A stretch of DNA of 64,000 nucleotides from Hyalangium minutum (GTDB lineage Bacteria; Myxococcota; Myxococcia; Myxococcales; Myxococcaceae), in assembly GCF_000737315.1 (NCBI RefSeq), contig NZ_JMCB01000004.1, positions 186,001 to 250,000 on the forward strand. The letters run 5' to 3'. How positions within the stretch are numbered: the first letter of the stretch is position 1; every line of letters begins with the position of its first letter. This document shows positions 9,390-18,897 of the stretch, one piece after another. Under the pieces are notes generated by a model that was given only the letters and a program-made list of their open reading frames with translations, was not told where the DNA came from and searched no databases. The translations under genes and the position numbers were made by a program.

Positions 9390-11045
9390 TCACACTGTGA
9401 CGCCGGGGATCTTCACTCCGCGCTTGTGCGCGACGTCCACGGCCTCGGGATAGCCCGCGTCCACGTGCCGCAGCACGCCCATGCCCGGATCCGAGGTGAG
9501 CACGCGCTCGATGCGCCGTGCGGCCTCCGGCGTGCCATCCGCCACGATGACCTGGCCCGAGTGCAGCGAGTAGCCCATGCCCACGCCACCGCCGTGGTGG
9601 AAGGACACCCACGAGGCGCCGTTCACCGCGTTCACCAGCGCGTTGAGGATGGGCCAGTCCGCCACCGCGTCCGAGCCGTCCTTCATCGCCTCCGTCTCGC
9701 GGTTGGGCGAGGCCACCGAGCCGCAGTCCAGGTGATCGCGGCCGATGACGATGGGCGCCTTCACCTCGCCCTTGCGCACCAGCTCGTTGAACACGAGGCC
9801 CGCCTTCGCGCGCTCGCCGTAGCCCAGCCAGCAGATGCGTGCCGGCAGTCCCTGGAACGCCACGCGCTGCTGCGCCATGGTGATCCACCGCCGCAGCGAT
9901 TCCTTCTCCGGGAACAGCTCCAGCACCGCGCGGTCCGTGCGGCGGATGTCCTCTGGATCTCCGGACAGCGCCACCCAGCGGAAGGGCCCCAGGCCCTCGC
10001 AGAACATGGGGCGGATGTACGCGGGCACGAAGCCCGGGAACTCGAATGCGTTCTCCTTGCCGCCCGCCTGCGCCTGCCCGCGCAGGTTGTTGCCGTAGTC
10101 GAACACGTGGCTGCCCGCGTTCTGGAAGTCGATCATGGCCTGCACGTGCATCGCCATGGTCTCCCGCGCCCGGCGCACGTAGCCCTCGGGGTCCCGGCGC
10201 CGCAGCTCCGCTGCCGCCTCCAGCGACAGATCCGCGGGGATGTAGCCGTTGAGCGGATCATGCGCGCTCGTCTGATCCGTCACCAGATCCGGCTTGATGC
10301 CGCGCCGGTACAGCTCGCGGAACACCGTGGCCGCGTTGCCAATCACGGCGATGGAGCGGCCCTCGCGCTTCTGCTGGGACTGCTTCACCAGCGCCAGCGC
10401 CTCGTCCAGATCCTTGGCCACCACATCCAGGTAGCGCGTCTCCACGCGGCGCTGGGCGCGCTGGGGATCGATCTCCACGCCCAGGAACACGGCGTTGCAC
10501 ATGGTGGCCGCCAGCGGCTGCGCCCCGCCCATACCGCCCAGCCCGCCCGACAGCACCAGCCGCCCGCTCAGGTCCGCCGAGCCGAAGTGCGTGCGGCCCG
10601 CCTGCGCGAACGTCTCATACGTGCCCTGCAGAATCCCCTGCGTGCCGATGTAGATCCACGAGCCGGCCGTCATCTGGCCGTACATCATCAGTCCCTTCTT
10701 CTCCAGCTCGTGGAAGTGCTCCCAGGTGGCCCAGCGGCCCACGAGGTTGGAGTTGGCCAGCAGCACACGCGGAGCGTCCGGGTGGGTCCGCAGGATGCCC
10801 ACCGGCTTGCCCGACTGGACGAGGAGCGTTTCCTCGTCTGAAAGCTCTTTCAAGCTGGCGATGATCCGATCATAGGAAGGCCAGTCGCGCGCGGCCTTGC
10901 CGGTGCCGCCGTAGACGACGAGATCCTCAGGGCGCTCGGCCACATCCGGATCCAGGTTGTTCATCAGCATCCGGAGCGCGGCCTCCTGGACCCAGCCCTT
11001 GCAAGAGCGGGCAGTGCCTCTGGGGGCGCGGATGACGCGGGACAT
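9390..11045 (-). CDS. hutU: Urocanate hydratase
   Basis: [66 protein letters not shown]. Confidence 0.98.
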   Translation of the reverse strand: MSRVIRAPRGTARSCKGWVQEAALRMLMNNLDPDVAERPEDLVVYGGTGKAARDWPSYDRIIASLKELSDEETLLVQSGKPVGILRTHPDAPRVLLANSNLVGRWATWEHFHELEKKGLMMYGQMTAGSWIYIGTQGILQGTYETFAQAGRTHFGSADLSGRLVLSGGLGGMGGAQPLAATMCNAVFLGVEIDPQRAQRRVETRYLDVVAKDLDEALALVKQSQQKREGRSIAVIGNAATVFRELYRRGIKPDLVTDQTSAHDPLNGYIPADLSLEAAAELRRRDPEGYVRRARETMAMHVQAMIDFQNAGSHVFDYGNNLRGQAQAGGKENAFEFPGFVPAYIRPMFCEGLGPFRWVALSGDPEDIRRTDRAVLELFPEKESLRRWITMAQQRVAFQGLPARICWLGYGERAKAGLVFNELVRKGEVKAPIVIGRDHLDCGSVASPNRETEAMKDGSDAVADWPILNALVNAVNGASWVSFHHGGGVGMGYSLHSGQVIVADGTPEAARRIERVLTSDPGMGVLRHVDAGYPEAVDVAHKRGVKIPGVTV

Positions 11046-11174
11046 AAGTACTCCGTGGGTCAGGGATGACTGCTAGAAGGGCGGGCAGCCTAGCCGAACT
11101 CCTGGGGCACGCGAGTGCCGTGTGCCGGACAAAATCTTCTCTCGGCTGGTACAATCGCCGCTGGACGAGGGGCT

Positions 11175-11549
11175 ATGTCCGTTCCGAAAAAAATCCTGCT
11201 GGTCGATGACTCACCCACGGTCCTGTTGATGGAGCGGCTGCTCCTGCAAGACGGGCCATACGAGCTGCTCAGCGCCAGCAGTGGCGCCGAGGCGGTAGAG
11301 CGGGCCTTGGCCGATCGTCCCGAGCTCATCCTCATGGACGTGGTGATGCCGGGGATGGACGGCTTCGAGGTGTGCCGCCGGCTCCGTGCCGAGGAGTCCA
11401 CGCGTGCCACGCCCATCATCCTGGTGACGACGCGCGGCGGCCCCGAGCACGTGGAGAAAGGCTACGAGAGCGGCTGCAGCGACTACGTGACCAAGCCGTT
11501 CGATGGCAACGAGCTGAGGGCCAAGATCGAGAGCTTCCTGGGTCACTGA
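11175..11549 (+). CDS. Single-domain response regulator
   Basis: ILLVDDS, LMDVVMPGMDG, LVTTR, KPF. ATG at 11175. Confidence 0.92.
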   Translation: MSVPKKILLVDDSPTVLLMERLLLQDGPYELLSASSGAEAVERALADRPELILMDVVMPGMDGFEVCRRLRAEESTRATPIILVTTRGGPEHVEKGYESGCSDYVTKPFDGNELRAKIESFLGH

Positions 11550-12550
11550 TGGCGGCCGACTCCAAACCCGCTCCCGTCCTCCGCCCGAGGGTGGCGGCAG
11601 CCCTCCAGCGTTTGAAGGACATCCGCCCAGGAGAGGCGGCGGGGGCGGTGGGGGAGATCGTGTCCCAGCTCATGGGCTGCGAGGAGCACGTCCTGCTCGC
11701 GCTCGAGCCGGGAGGAGAGCGCTTCGTCGTGTCCTCGGCCATGGGGCTCCCGCCGGAGCGGCTCCAGGCCCTCCTGGTGCCCACGGGCATTGTCGGGCAG
11801 GTGGCCCGGCATGGTGTGCCCTACGTCATCGGCCGGACCAGCTCCGTGGGCGCGGCCCCTCACGAGGCAGGGCTTACCGCCTGCATCCCGATCCTGTCCG
11901 GCCGGCAGGTGAGGGGCGTGCTCGCGCTGTTCCGGATGCTCCCCCAGAAGCGCGGGCTGTCCGACGAGGACCTCGAGCTGTTGGATTTACTCCGCGTGCA
12001 AGGGGCTGCGGCCGTGTCCGAGCCGCGTCAGGGGTTCATTGCCCCGTACGAGCCGCAGCTGTCGTATCCCCTGGGGGAGCCTGCTTCGCTGCGGACGGTC
12101 TACCTGGAGCCGGGGGGCCTGATGGCGGCGTCGCGTCCCACCGAGGTGACGACCATTCTGGGCTCTTGTGTCTCCGTGTGCCTGTGGGACGAGCGTCTGC
12201 GCGTGGGGGGGATGAACCACTTCCTGCTCCCCACCGCGCCCTACGGGCAGGCTCAGAGCAGCCGTCATGGCGATGCCGCCATCCCCATGTTGCTGAGAGA
12301 GCTGGAGCGGCTGGGAAGCCAGCGGTCGAACCTGAGGGCGAAGGTGTTTGGGGGCGCTCATATGGCGGGTCTCTCGGCACCCGGCGCAGCGCTGACCCTG
12401 GGCGAGCGCAATGCCGAACTGGCCCGTCGTCTGTTGGGGGAGGTGGGGATCGCCATCGTTGCCGAAGATCTCGGTGGGCGAGCGGGCAGGAAGTTGCGCT
12501 TTCGCACCGACGATGGAATGGCTCTGGTGAAGACGTTGAGGGCGGGCTGA
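11549..12550 (+). CDS. cheD: GAF domain-CheD chemoreceptor deamidase fusion
   Basis: ATG overlaps the upstream TGA. N-terminal ~160 aa is GAF-like (GIVGQVA...ACIPI...RGVLALF...LSDEDLELLDLL). C-terminal part has TILGSCVSVCLWD, GGMNHFLLP, AKVFGGA, LGERN, EDLGG. Confidence 0.85.
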   Translation: MAADSKPAPVLRPRVAAALQRLKDIRPGEAAGAVGEIVSQLMGCEEHVLLALEPGGERFVVSSAMGLPPERLQALLVPTGIVGQVARHGVPYVIGRTSSVGAAPHEAGLTACIPILSGRQVRGVLALFRMLPQKRGLSDEDLELLDLLRVQGAAAVSEPRQGFIAPYEPQLSYPLGEPASLRTVYLEPGGLMAASRPTEVTTILGSCVSVCLWDERLRVGGMNHFLLPTAPYGQAQSSRHGDAAIPMLLRELERLGSQRSNLRAKVFGGAHMAGLSAPGAALTLGERNAELARRLLGEVGIAIVAEDLGGRAGRKLRFRTDDGMALVKTLRAG

Positions 12551-12568
12551 CTGGCCGAGAGAAGAGTC

Positions 12569-12943
12569 ATGGAAGGACATAAGAAGATCCTGCTGGTCGA
12601 TGACTCACCCACGGTCCTGCTGATGGAGCGAATCCTCCTACAGGACGGACCGTATGAGATCATCACTGCTGCCAGTGGAGAAGAGGCGCTGACGCTCGCG
12701 CTCTCCGAGCAGCCGCACGCCATCGTGATGGACGTGGTGATGCCGGGAATGAACGGCTACGAGGTGTGCCGCCGGCTGCGCGATCAGGAGTCCACGCGCA
12801 CCACGCCCATCATCCTGGTGACGACGCGCTCCAGCCTGGAGTCGCTCGAGCGCGGCTACGCGAGCGGCTGCAATGACTACATCGTCAAGCCCTTCGAGGC
12901 CATGGAACTGCGGATGAAGATCGCCAGCTTCGTGGGGTCCTGA
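12569..12943 (+). CDS. Single-domain response regulator, paralog of 11175-11549
   Basis: ILLVDDS, VMDVVMPGMNG, LVTTR, KPF. Confidence 0.92.
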   Translation: MEGHKKILLVDDSPTVLLMERILLQDGPYEIITAASGEEALTLALSEQPHAIVMDVVMPGMNGYEVCRRLRDQESTRTTPIILVTTRSSLESLERGYASGCNDYIVKPFEAMELRMKIASFVGS

Positions 12944-14577
12944 TGAAGACGGATCTGGATGCGGTTCGCACGGCGTTTCGCGCCGAGGCCACGGAACTGC
13001 TCGCCGGGCTGGAGAAGGACTTCCTGGCGCTGGAGTCCGCCTCGGATCCCGCGGCGATCGAGAGCGTGCTGCGCTCCGTGCACACGCTCAAGGGCAACTC
13101 CCTGCTGATGGGCTTCCCGGCCGCGTCCGAGGTGGCCCACCGCGTGGAGGATCTGCTCGCGCGGCTGTCTCACCGCACGCGCCCGGTGACGGCGGAGCTG
13201 GTGACGCTGCTGCTGCAGGCGGTGGACACACTCCGGGTGATGCTCGCGGCGCACGGCTCGGAAGGCCGCGAGGCCCCGGATGTGCCCGAGATCCAGCGCC
13301 GGTTGCAGGAGGCGGCGGGCGCGGAGCTGCCCACGGACAGCGCCCCCGCGCCCGAGGGAGCGACCCCTGAGAAGGCCGCCGAGGCCCCGGTGCCCGTCAC
13401 CGCCGAGCGGACGCTGCGAGTGGGGCTGGACCGGCTGGACCGGATGCTGGACCTCACGGGGGAGATCGCCATCTCGCGCGGGCGGCTCACGGCCATGCTG
13501 GAGCAGGCGCACCGCTACTCGCCCCAGGAACTGCTCGAGGCGCACCGCGACGCGGACCGCCTGTACTTGGATCTTCAGGAACTGGTGCTGAAGGCGCGGA
13601 TGGTGCCCATTGGGCGCGCCTTCCAGCCCTTCGCGCGGACGCTGCGCGACTTGTGCGAGGCGTCAGGCAAGCTGGTCCGGCTGGAGGTGAGCGGCGAGGA
13701 CGTGGAGGTGGACACCGCCGTGGTGGACCTCATCCGGGATCCGCTCCTGCACCTGGTGCGCAACGCGGTGGATCACGGCATCGAGACTCCCGCGGTCCGC
13801 AAGCGGCTCGGCAAGGAGTACTACGGCACGTTGAAGCTGAGGGCCTCCCATGAGGCCGGGAGCATCGTCATCGAAGTGGAGGACGATGGCGCCGGGCTCA
13901 ACCGCGAGCGCATCCGCGCGCGGGCTCAGGCCCTGGGGCTGCTCCAGCCGGGCGAGGAGCGCCCGGACGCGGAGCTGTTCCTTCTCATCTTCACGCCGGG
14001 CTTCTCCACGGCCGAGCGCGTCACCGAGCTGTCGGGCCGGGGCATCGGCATGGACGTGGTGAAGCGCAACATCGAGAACCTGCGCGGCTCCATCGCCATC
14101 GACACCCGAGAGGGGCGGGGCACCACCATCCACATGCGCCTGCCGCTGACGCTCTCCATCATCGAGGGCTTCTCGGTGAAGGTGGGGGAGGAGACGTACA
14201 TCCTGCCCCTGCAGAGCGTGCTCGAGTGCGTGGAGTTGCCCGAGACCGAGAAGCGCCCAGGGCACACCGGTGTGCTCAACCTGCGGGGCCAGCCGCTGCC
14301 CTACCTGCGGCTGCGCGAGCATTTCTCCGTGGAGGGGCCGCCCCCCGCCCGAGAGAGCGTGGTCGTCATCTCCCAAGGCCGGGGACAGGCGGGCCTCGCC
14401 GTGGACGCGCTGCTTGGGCAGGGTCAGACGGTCGTCAAGCCGCTCGGCAAGGTGTTCCAGGACGTCTCTGGTGTTTCAGGCTCCGCCATCCTCGGCACCG
14501 GCCGGGTCGCCCTGATCCTCGACGTTCCTTCACTCCTTCAAAAAGCGCTCCGCAACCTTCCAGCCGCAGCGTCGTAA
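12943..14577 (+). CDS. cheA: Chemotaxis histidine kinase CheA (P1-P3-P4-P5, no evident P2)
   Basis: VHTLKG Hpt, RVGLDRLDRM, HLVRNAVDHG, EDDGAG, FTPGFST, GRGIGMDVV, LPLTLSI, C-terminal CheW domain. Confidence 0.96.
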   Translation: MKTDLDAVRTAFRAEATELLAGLEKDFLALESASDPAAIESVLRSVHTLKGNSLLMGFPAASEVAHRVEDLLARLSHRTRPVTAELVTLLLQAVDTLRVMLAAHGSEGREAPDVPEIQRRLQEAAGAELPTDSAPAPEGATPEKAAEAPVPVTAERTLRVGLDRLDRMLDLTGEIAISRGRLTAMLEQAHRYSPQELLEAHRDADRLYLDLQELVLKARMVPIGRAFQPFARTLRDLCEASGKLVRLEVSGEDVEVDTAVVDLIRDPLLHLVRNAVDHGIETPAVRKRLGKEYYGTLKLRASHEAGSIVIEVEDDGAGLNRERIRARAQALGLLQPGEERPDAELFLLIFTPGFSTAERVTELSGRGIGMDVVKRNIENLRGSIAIDTREGRGTTIHMRLPLTLSIIEGFSVKVGEETYILPLQSVLECVELPETEKRPGHTGVLNLRGQPLPYLRLREHFSVEGPPPARESVVVISQGRGQAGLAVDALLGQGQTVVKPLGKVFQDVSGVSGSAILGTGRVALILDVPSLLQKALRNLPAAAS

Positions 14578-14604
14578 GCCGTAAACCGTAGTCCGCTTTG
14601 GGGA

Positions 14605-16326
14605 ATGCCCATGTCCTGGTTTCAGAATCTGAAGATCTTCCCCAAGCTGCTCATTGCCCTGTCGTTGGTGCTGGGCATCGCCACGGGCATTGGCGTCTTC
14701 GCCGTCCGGCAGTTGGCGGACCTGCATCGCGCCATGCGGAACATCGTCGATGACGAGATGGAGTCGGTCTTCCAGGTCTCCTCCATCGTGAGTGATTTTC
14801 GCGCCTACCGGGTCGCCGAGCTGCAGCATGTGCTCGCCTCGGATCCGGAGCCGATGGCGCGCTACGAACGCATCATGGACGAGCTGTCCAAGCAGATGAC
14901 CAACGCCGCTATGGCCTACGAGCCGCTCATCGTCGACAACGAGGAGCGCCGCATCTATGCGGAGCTCGGGGCTCTCTGGAGGGAGTACCAAGCCGAGCAT
15001 GAGAAGCTCTTGGCAGTGTCGCGGCGGAACGAGGACGAGCAGGCCCGGGTGATCATCAATGGCCAGTCCGCGAAGATCTTCGAAGAGATGGCCTCCAAGC
15101 AGTTGGGCCTGGTGGGCATCAACCTCCGGACCAGCCGTGACGCCGCGACGGTTGCGGATCACACCTATGAGGACGCCCGGCAGTTGATCACCGTCCTGTT
15201 GGTGGCGGGGTTTCTGATGGGCTTCTTCTTGTGCACGCTCATTTCCCTGAGCATCTCCCGGCCGCTGTCGCATGCCGCGCAGGTGGCCGGCCGCATCGCC
15301 GAGGGAGATCTGTCGGTGCGCCTCGACGAGGATCGCCAGGACGAGACGGGCATGCTGCTGGCCGCCATGCGCTCCATGGTCCAGCGGCTCGCGCAAGTCA
15401 TCGGCGAGGTGAGGGCCGGGGCGGTGGCGTTGACGTCGGCGGCCGCGCAGGTGTCCTCCTCCTCGCAGAGCCTCTCCCAAGGCACCGCCGAGCAGGCCAG
15501 CAGCGTGGAAGAGACCACGGCCAGCCTGGAGGAGATGAACGCCACCATCGAGCAGAACAGCCAGCACAGCCGGCTCATGGAGCAGATCGCCGTCAAGGGC
15601 GCCCAGGAGGCCAGCGAGAGCGGCGAGGCCGTCAAGCAGACGGTGGATGCGATGGGCGCCATCGCCAAGAAGATCAACATCATCGAGGAGATCGCCTACC
15701 AGACGAACCTGCTGGCGCTGAACGCGGCCATCGAGGCGGCCCGGGCCGGGGAGCACGGCAAGGGCTTTGCGGTGGTGGCCACGGAGGTGCGCAAGCTGGC
15801 CGAGCGCAGCCGCGCGGCGGCCCAGGAGATCAGCGAGCTGGCGGGTAAGAGCGTGAAGGTGTCAGAGCGCTCCGGCGAGCTGCTGCAGGCACTGGTGCCG
15901 TCCATCCAGAAGACGGCGCAGCTGGTGCAGGAGGTGGTGGCCGCCAGCGGCGAGCAGGCAGTGGGCGTGCGGCAGGTGAACCGGGCGATGATGCAGGTGG
16001 ATCAGGTGACGCAGCGCAACGCCTCCGCTGCCGAGGAGCTGTCCGCCACGGCGGAGGAGATGTCCGCGCAGGCCGACACGCTGCAGCAGCTCGTGTCGTT
16101 CTTCCGCGTGGGAGAGTCCGAGAGCCGGACGCCATGGCCGACCTTGCATAAGCCCGGCGGCGGCAAGCCCGCGCAGGCTGGCAAGGCCCCTCCCGCGTGG
16201 AGCGATTCCGACGCGGTGCATGGCCTGAAGGCGATCAGCCACGGGTCGCTCTCCCATCCGCCCTCGAAGGAAGAGAAGAGGCTATCGGCCCTGTCCTCTG
16301 AGGATCGTGAGTTCAAGCGCTTCTAG
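14605..16326 (+). CDS. Methyl-accepting chemotaxis protein (two TM helices, periplasmic four-helix sensor, HAMP, C-terminal EFKRF pentapeptide)
   Basis: [43 protein letters not shown]. Start is 14605 or 14611. Confidence 0.96.
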   Translation: MPMSWFQNLKIFPKLLIALSLVLGIATGIGVFAVRQLADLHRAMRNIVDDEMESVFQVSSIVSDFRAYRVAELQHVLASDPEPMARYERIMDELSKQMTNAAMAYEPLIVDNEERRIYAELGALWREYQAEHEKLLAVSRRNEDEQARVIINGQSAKIFEEMASKQLGLVGINLRTSRDAATVADHTYEDARQLITVLLVAGFLMGFFLCTLISLSISRPLSHAAQVAGRIAEGDLSVRLDEDRQDETGMLLAAMRSMVQRLAQVIGEVRAGAVALTSAAAQVSSSSQSLSQGTAEQASSVEETTASLEEMNATIEQNSQHSRLMEQIAVKGAQEASESGEAVKQTVDAMGAIAKKINIIEEIAYQTNLLALNAAIEAARAGEHGKGFAVVATEVRKLAERSRAAAQEISELAGKSVKVSERSGELLQALVPSIQKTAQLVQEVVAASGEQAVGVRQVNRAMMQVDQVTQRNASAAEELSATAEEMSAQADTLQQLVSFFRVGESESRTPWPTLHKPGGGKPAQAGKAPPAWSDSDAVHGLKAISHGSLSHPPSKEEKRLSALSSEDREFKRF

Positions 16327-16335
16327 GAGCCCGCC

Positions 16336-16836
16336 ATGAGCCAGCCTGCGGCCTCGTCTGTCGTGCAGTACCTGAGCTTCTTCATTGCTGGAGAGGAGTA
16401 TGCCGTCGGGATCCTCCAGGTTCGGGAGATCATCGAGCATGACTCGGTGACGCGCGTGCCCGGTGCGCCCGCCTGGATCCGCGGGGTGACGAACCTGCGG
16501 GGCAGCGTGCTCCCCGTCATCGATCTGGCGATGAAGTTCGGCCTGCCGCCCAGCACCATCAACCGCCGCAGCTGCATCGTCGTGGTGGAGGTGGCGTTCC
16601 AGGGCGAGAAGCTGGTGATGGGGATGCTGGCGGATGCCGTCGGGCAGGTGCTGGATCTCGGCTCCGGGGACGTGGAGCCGCCGCCCGCCTTCGGTACGCC
16701 CGTGCACGCCGACTACCTCGCCGGGATGGGAAAGGCGGGGAGGAAGTTCATCCTCCTGCTGGACATCGATCGGCTGCTGAACCACCAGGAGCTCCGGGCC
16801 GCCAGCGCGGTGACGCCCGAGCGCGCGGCCTCATGA
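16336..16836 (+). CDS. cheW: Chemotaxis adaptor CheW
   Basis: YLSFFIAGEEYA, VTRVPGAP, GVTNLRGSVLPVIDL. Confidence 0.95.
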   Translation: MSQPAASSVVQYLSFFIAGEEYAVGILQVREIIEHDSVTRVPGAPAWIRGVTNLRGSVLPVIDLAMKFGLPPSTINRRSCIVVVEVAFQGEKLVMGMLADAVGQVLDLGSGDVEPPPAFGTPVHADYLAGMGKAGRKFILLLDIDRLLNHQELRAASAVTPERAAS

Positions 16837-17723
16837 GCCAGGAGCCCAGTCCTTCGCCGCTGGCCTCTGAGCCGCTGGCCTTCGTAGGCCTGCCGGAGCT
16901 GTCCGACCGCGTCTTCTACAGCTACCGGAGGCTCATCTACCAGGAGGCTGGCATCTACCTGGGGCCGCACAAGAAGGCGCTGCTGATGGGGCGGCTGTCC
17001 CGCCGGCTGCGTGAGCTGGGGATCTCCTTCGGCGCCTACCTGCACCAGGTGGAGGAGGACGCGATCGAGCGTGCGCGGATGCTGGAGGCCATCTGCACGC
17101 ACGAGACGCGCTTCTTCCGCGAGCCCCGGCACTTCGACTTCCTCGAGCGCGAGGTGCTGCCTCGGTGGGTCTCTCAGGGAGGCACGGATTCGGGCGGCAA
17201 GCAGGTGCGGATCTGGAGCGCGGGGTGCTCCTCGGGTGAGGAGGCCTTCTCGCTGGCCATGGTGCTGCGCTACCACCTGCCTGCGGAGGAGGGGTGGACG
17301 ATCGAGATCCTCGCGACGGATCTGTCCACGCGCATCCTGGAGCGCGCGCGCCAGACGCTGTGGCCCTTGGATCGCGCAACGGAGATCCCCACCCGCTACC
17401 TCAAGGCCTTCATGCTCCGTGGCACCGGCAGCCAGGAGGGGGTGATGAAGGCAGGCCCCGAGCTGCGCCCGCTGGTCCAGTTCCAGCGCGTCAACCTCAA
17501 CGAGGAGAGCCTCCCGGTGCTCGGCCGTTTCGATCTCCTTTTCTGCCGCAACGTCTTCATCTACTTCGACGCGGCCTCCAAGGCCCGGGCGGTGGATCGG
17601 CTTGTCGGACGCCTCGCCTCCAAGGGCTACTTCTTCGTCGGCCACGCAGAGAGCCTGGGCGCCGTGACGCACCGCCTCCAGCTTGTCCAGCCCACCATCT
17701 ACACCCTGGTTGCGGCGGACTAG
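16833..17723 (+). CDS. cheR: Chemoreceptor methyltransferase CheR
   Basis: THETRFFREP, IWSAGCSSGEE, ATDLS, FDLLFCRNVFIYF, GHAESL. Confidence 0.95.
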   Translation: MSQEPSPSPLASEPLAFVGLPELSDRVFYSYRRLIYQEAGIYLGPHKKALLMGRLSRRLRELGISFGAYLHQVEEDAIERARMLEAICTHETRFFREPRHFDFLEREVLPRWVSQGGTDSGGKQVRIWSAGCSSGEEAFSLAMVLRYHLPAEEGWTIEILATDLSTRILERARQTLWPLDRATEIPTRYLKAFMLRGTGSQEGVMKAGPELRPLVQFQRVNLNEESLPVLGRFDLLFCRNVFIYFDAASKARAVDRLVGRLASKGYFFVGHAESLGAVTHRLQLVQPTIYTLVAAD

Positions 17724-17849
17724 GCGGGTTTCACGGCTCTGGCTTGGGCAGCGGGGAAAACGGGAATGACTTGATGGGCCTGTAAAATTCGGCTATGGTC
17801 GAATCATCCAATTCAGGGAACCCCCTTCCCGTGAAGACAGGAGGCATGG

Positions 17850-18395
17850 ATGAAGCGCCTGCTGCTGTTGCCCTTCTCGCTGGTTGCCACCCTCGGCTTC
17901 GGTTGTAGTAATTCCTCTTCAGGAGACGCACCTCAGCCCACACAGCAGGTGCAAGTAAAGAAGCGGACGCAGGCGCTGAGCACCGACCGGGTGACGTTGG
18001 AGGAGGTGGCGGTGAGCGAGGCGGTGCTGACTGCGGCGGGGAGCGAGGCCTCCGTGCGCGCGTTCCGGATCGTGTCGTCCGCGGAGGACATCACGATGGG
18101 AGAGCTCGCCTCGGCGGCGCACGTGGTGGGCGCCTCGGAGGTGGCGAACCTGCCGTGGCAGGTCGAGGCCGAGCGGGGCCAGGACGACACGCGCCGGGCG
18201 CTGAAGTACCTGGACGCGCTGGTGCCGGCCATCGAGGCGGAGGTGGGCACGGGCGAGGATTACAACTCGGGCTACCAGCATTGGTTCCAGACGGTAGGAG
18301 AGGATCTCTGCAACCACGGCGACTTCTACAGCCTGGTGTTCAAGCAGACAGGCCTGGTGTTCGTGATCGAGGCCTCGGGCGCCACTGAGTGCTGA
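17850..18395 (+). CDS. Hypothetical lipoprotein
   Basis: MKRLLLLPFSLVATLGFGC lipobox. Preceded by ggaggc RBS. Acidic mature domain ending in Cys. Confidence 0.8.
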   Translation: MKRLLLLPFSLVATLGFGCSNSSSGDAPQPTQQVQVKKRTQALSTDRVTLEEVAVSEAVLTAAGSEASVRAFRIVSSAEDITMGELASAAHVVGASEVANLPWQVEAERGQDDTRRALKYLDALVPAIEAEVGTGEDYNSGYQHWFQTVGEDLCNHGDFYSLVFKQTGLVFVIEASGATEC

Positions 18396-18401
18396 TGAGA
18401 C

Positions 18402-18859
18402 TCAGGGGGCGGGCCCAGCGTCCGCCCCTGTGTCCTCGCGGATGATCCGTTCGAGCCATTGGTAGTTTGTGGCGAAGGCGGTGCTCGTGATGGTGGAGTA
18501 GACAGGGGCGCCACCGCCTCGAATGATCCCAATGAGGGTCGGACGCTCCTGACCTTGCTCCCACTTGAAGCAAGGTCCTCCACTGTCTCCCTGGTAGGCA
18601 TGAACGCCGGGCTTGAGCACCCTCAAGAGCTCTCCCTCCACCTGGGAGATCTGCGTGCGCCCGAAGTAACGGTCGCCTGAGCTTGGCTCGGCTGCCAGGG
18701 ATGTATCTCCAAATCCAACTTGCCTCCCAGGATGTAGGGCTGCTCTCTGCGAGGCGGGGCAGAGGACTCGCGCGTCTCCGGGGTGAAGCCCGCGTCAGTC
18801 ACGCAGCCTCCACAGAGAAACAACACCATCAAGCACGGCAGCATTCGGAGTTGAGGCAT
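18402..18859 (-). pseudogene. Trypsin-like protease lipoprotein pseudogene with an out-of-frame internal deletion
   Basis: One frame gives the signal/lipobox (MVLFLCGGC) to PYILGGKLD. Another frame gives QVGFGDT...GDRYFG...YQGDSGGPC to the stop. The His and Asp catalytic segments are absent from both frames. Confidence 0.75.
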
Positions 18860-18897
18860 CAAGGCGGACCTTTCTGGAGAGCGGCCTCCTGGGCGCG

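Noticed and set aside
18623-18720. Programmed frameshift restoring the split protease
   Set aside because: No slippery site, and the His and Asp segments are absent from both frames, so shifting would not give an active enzyme.
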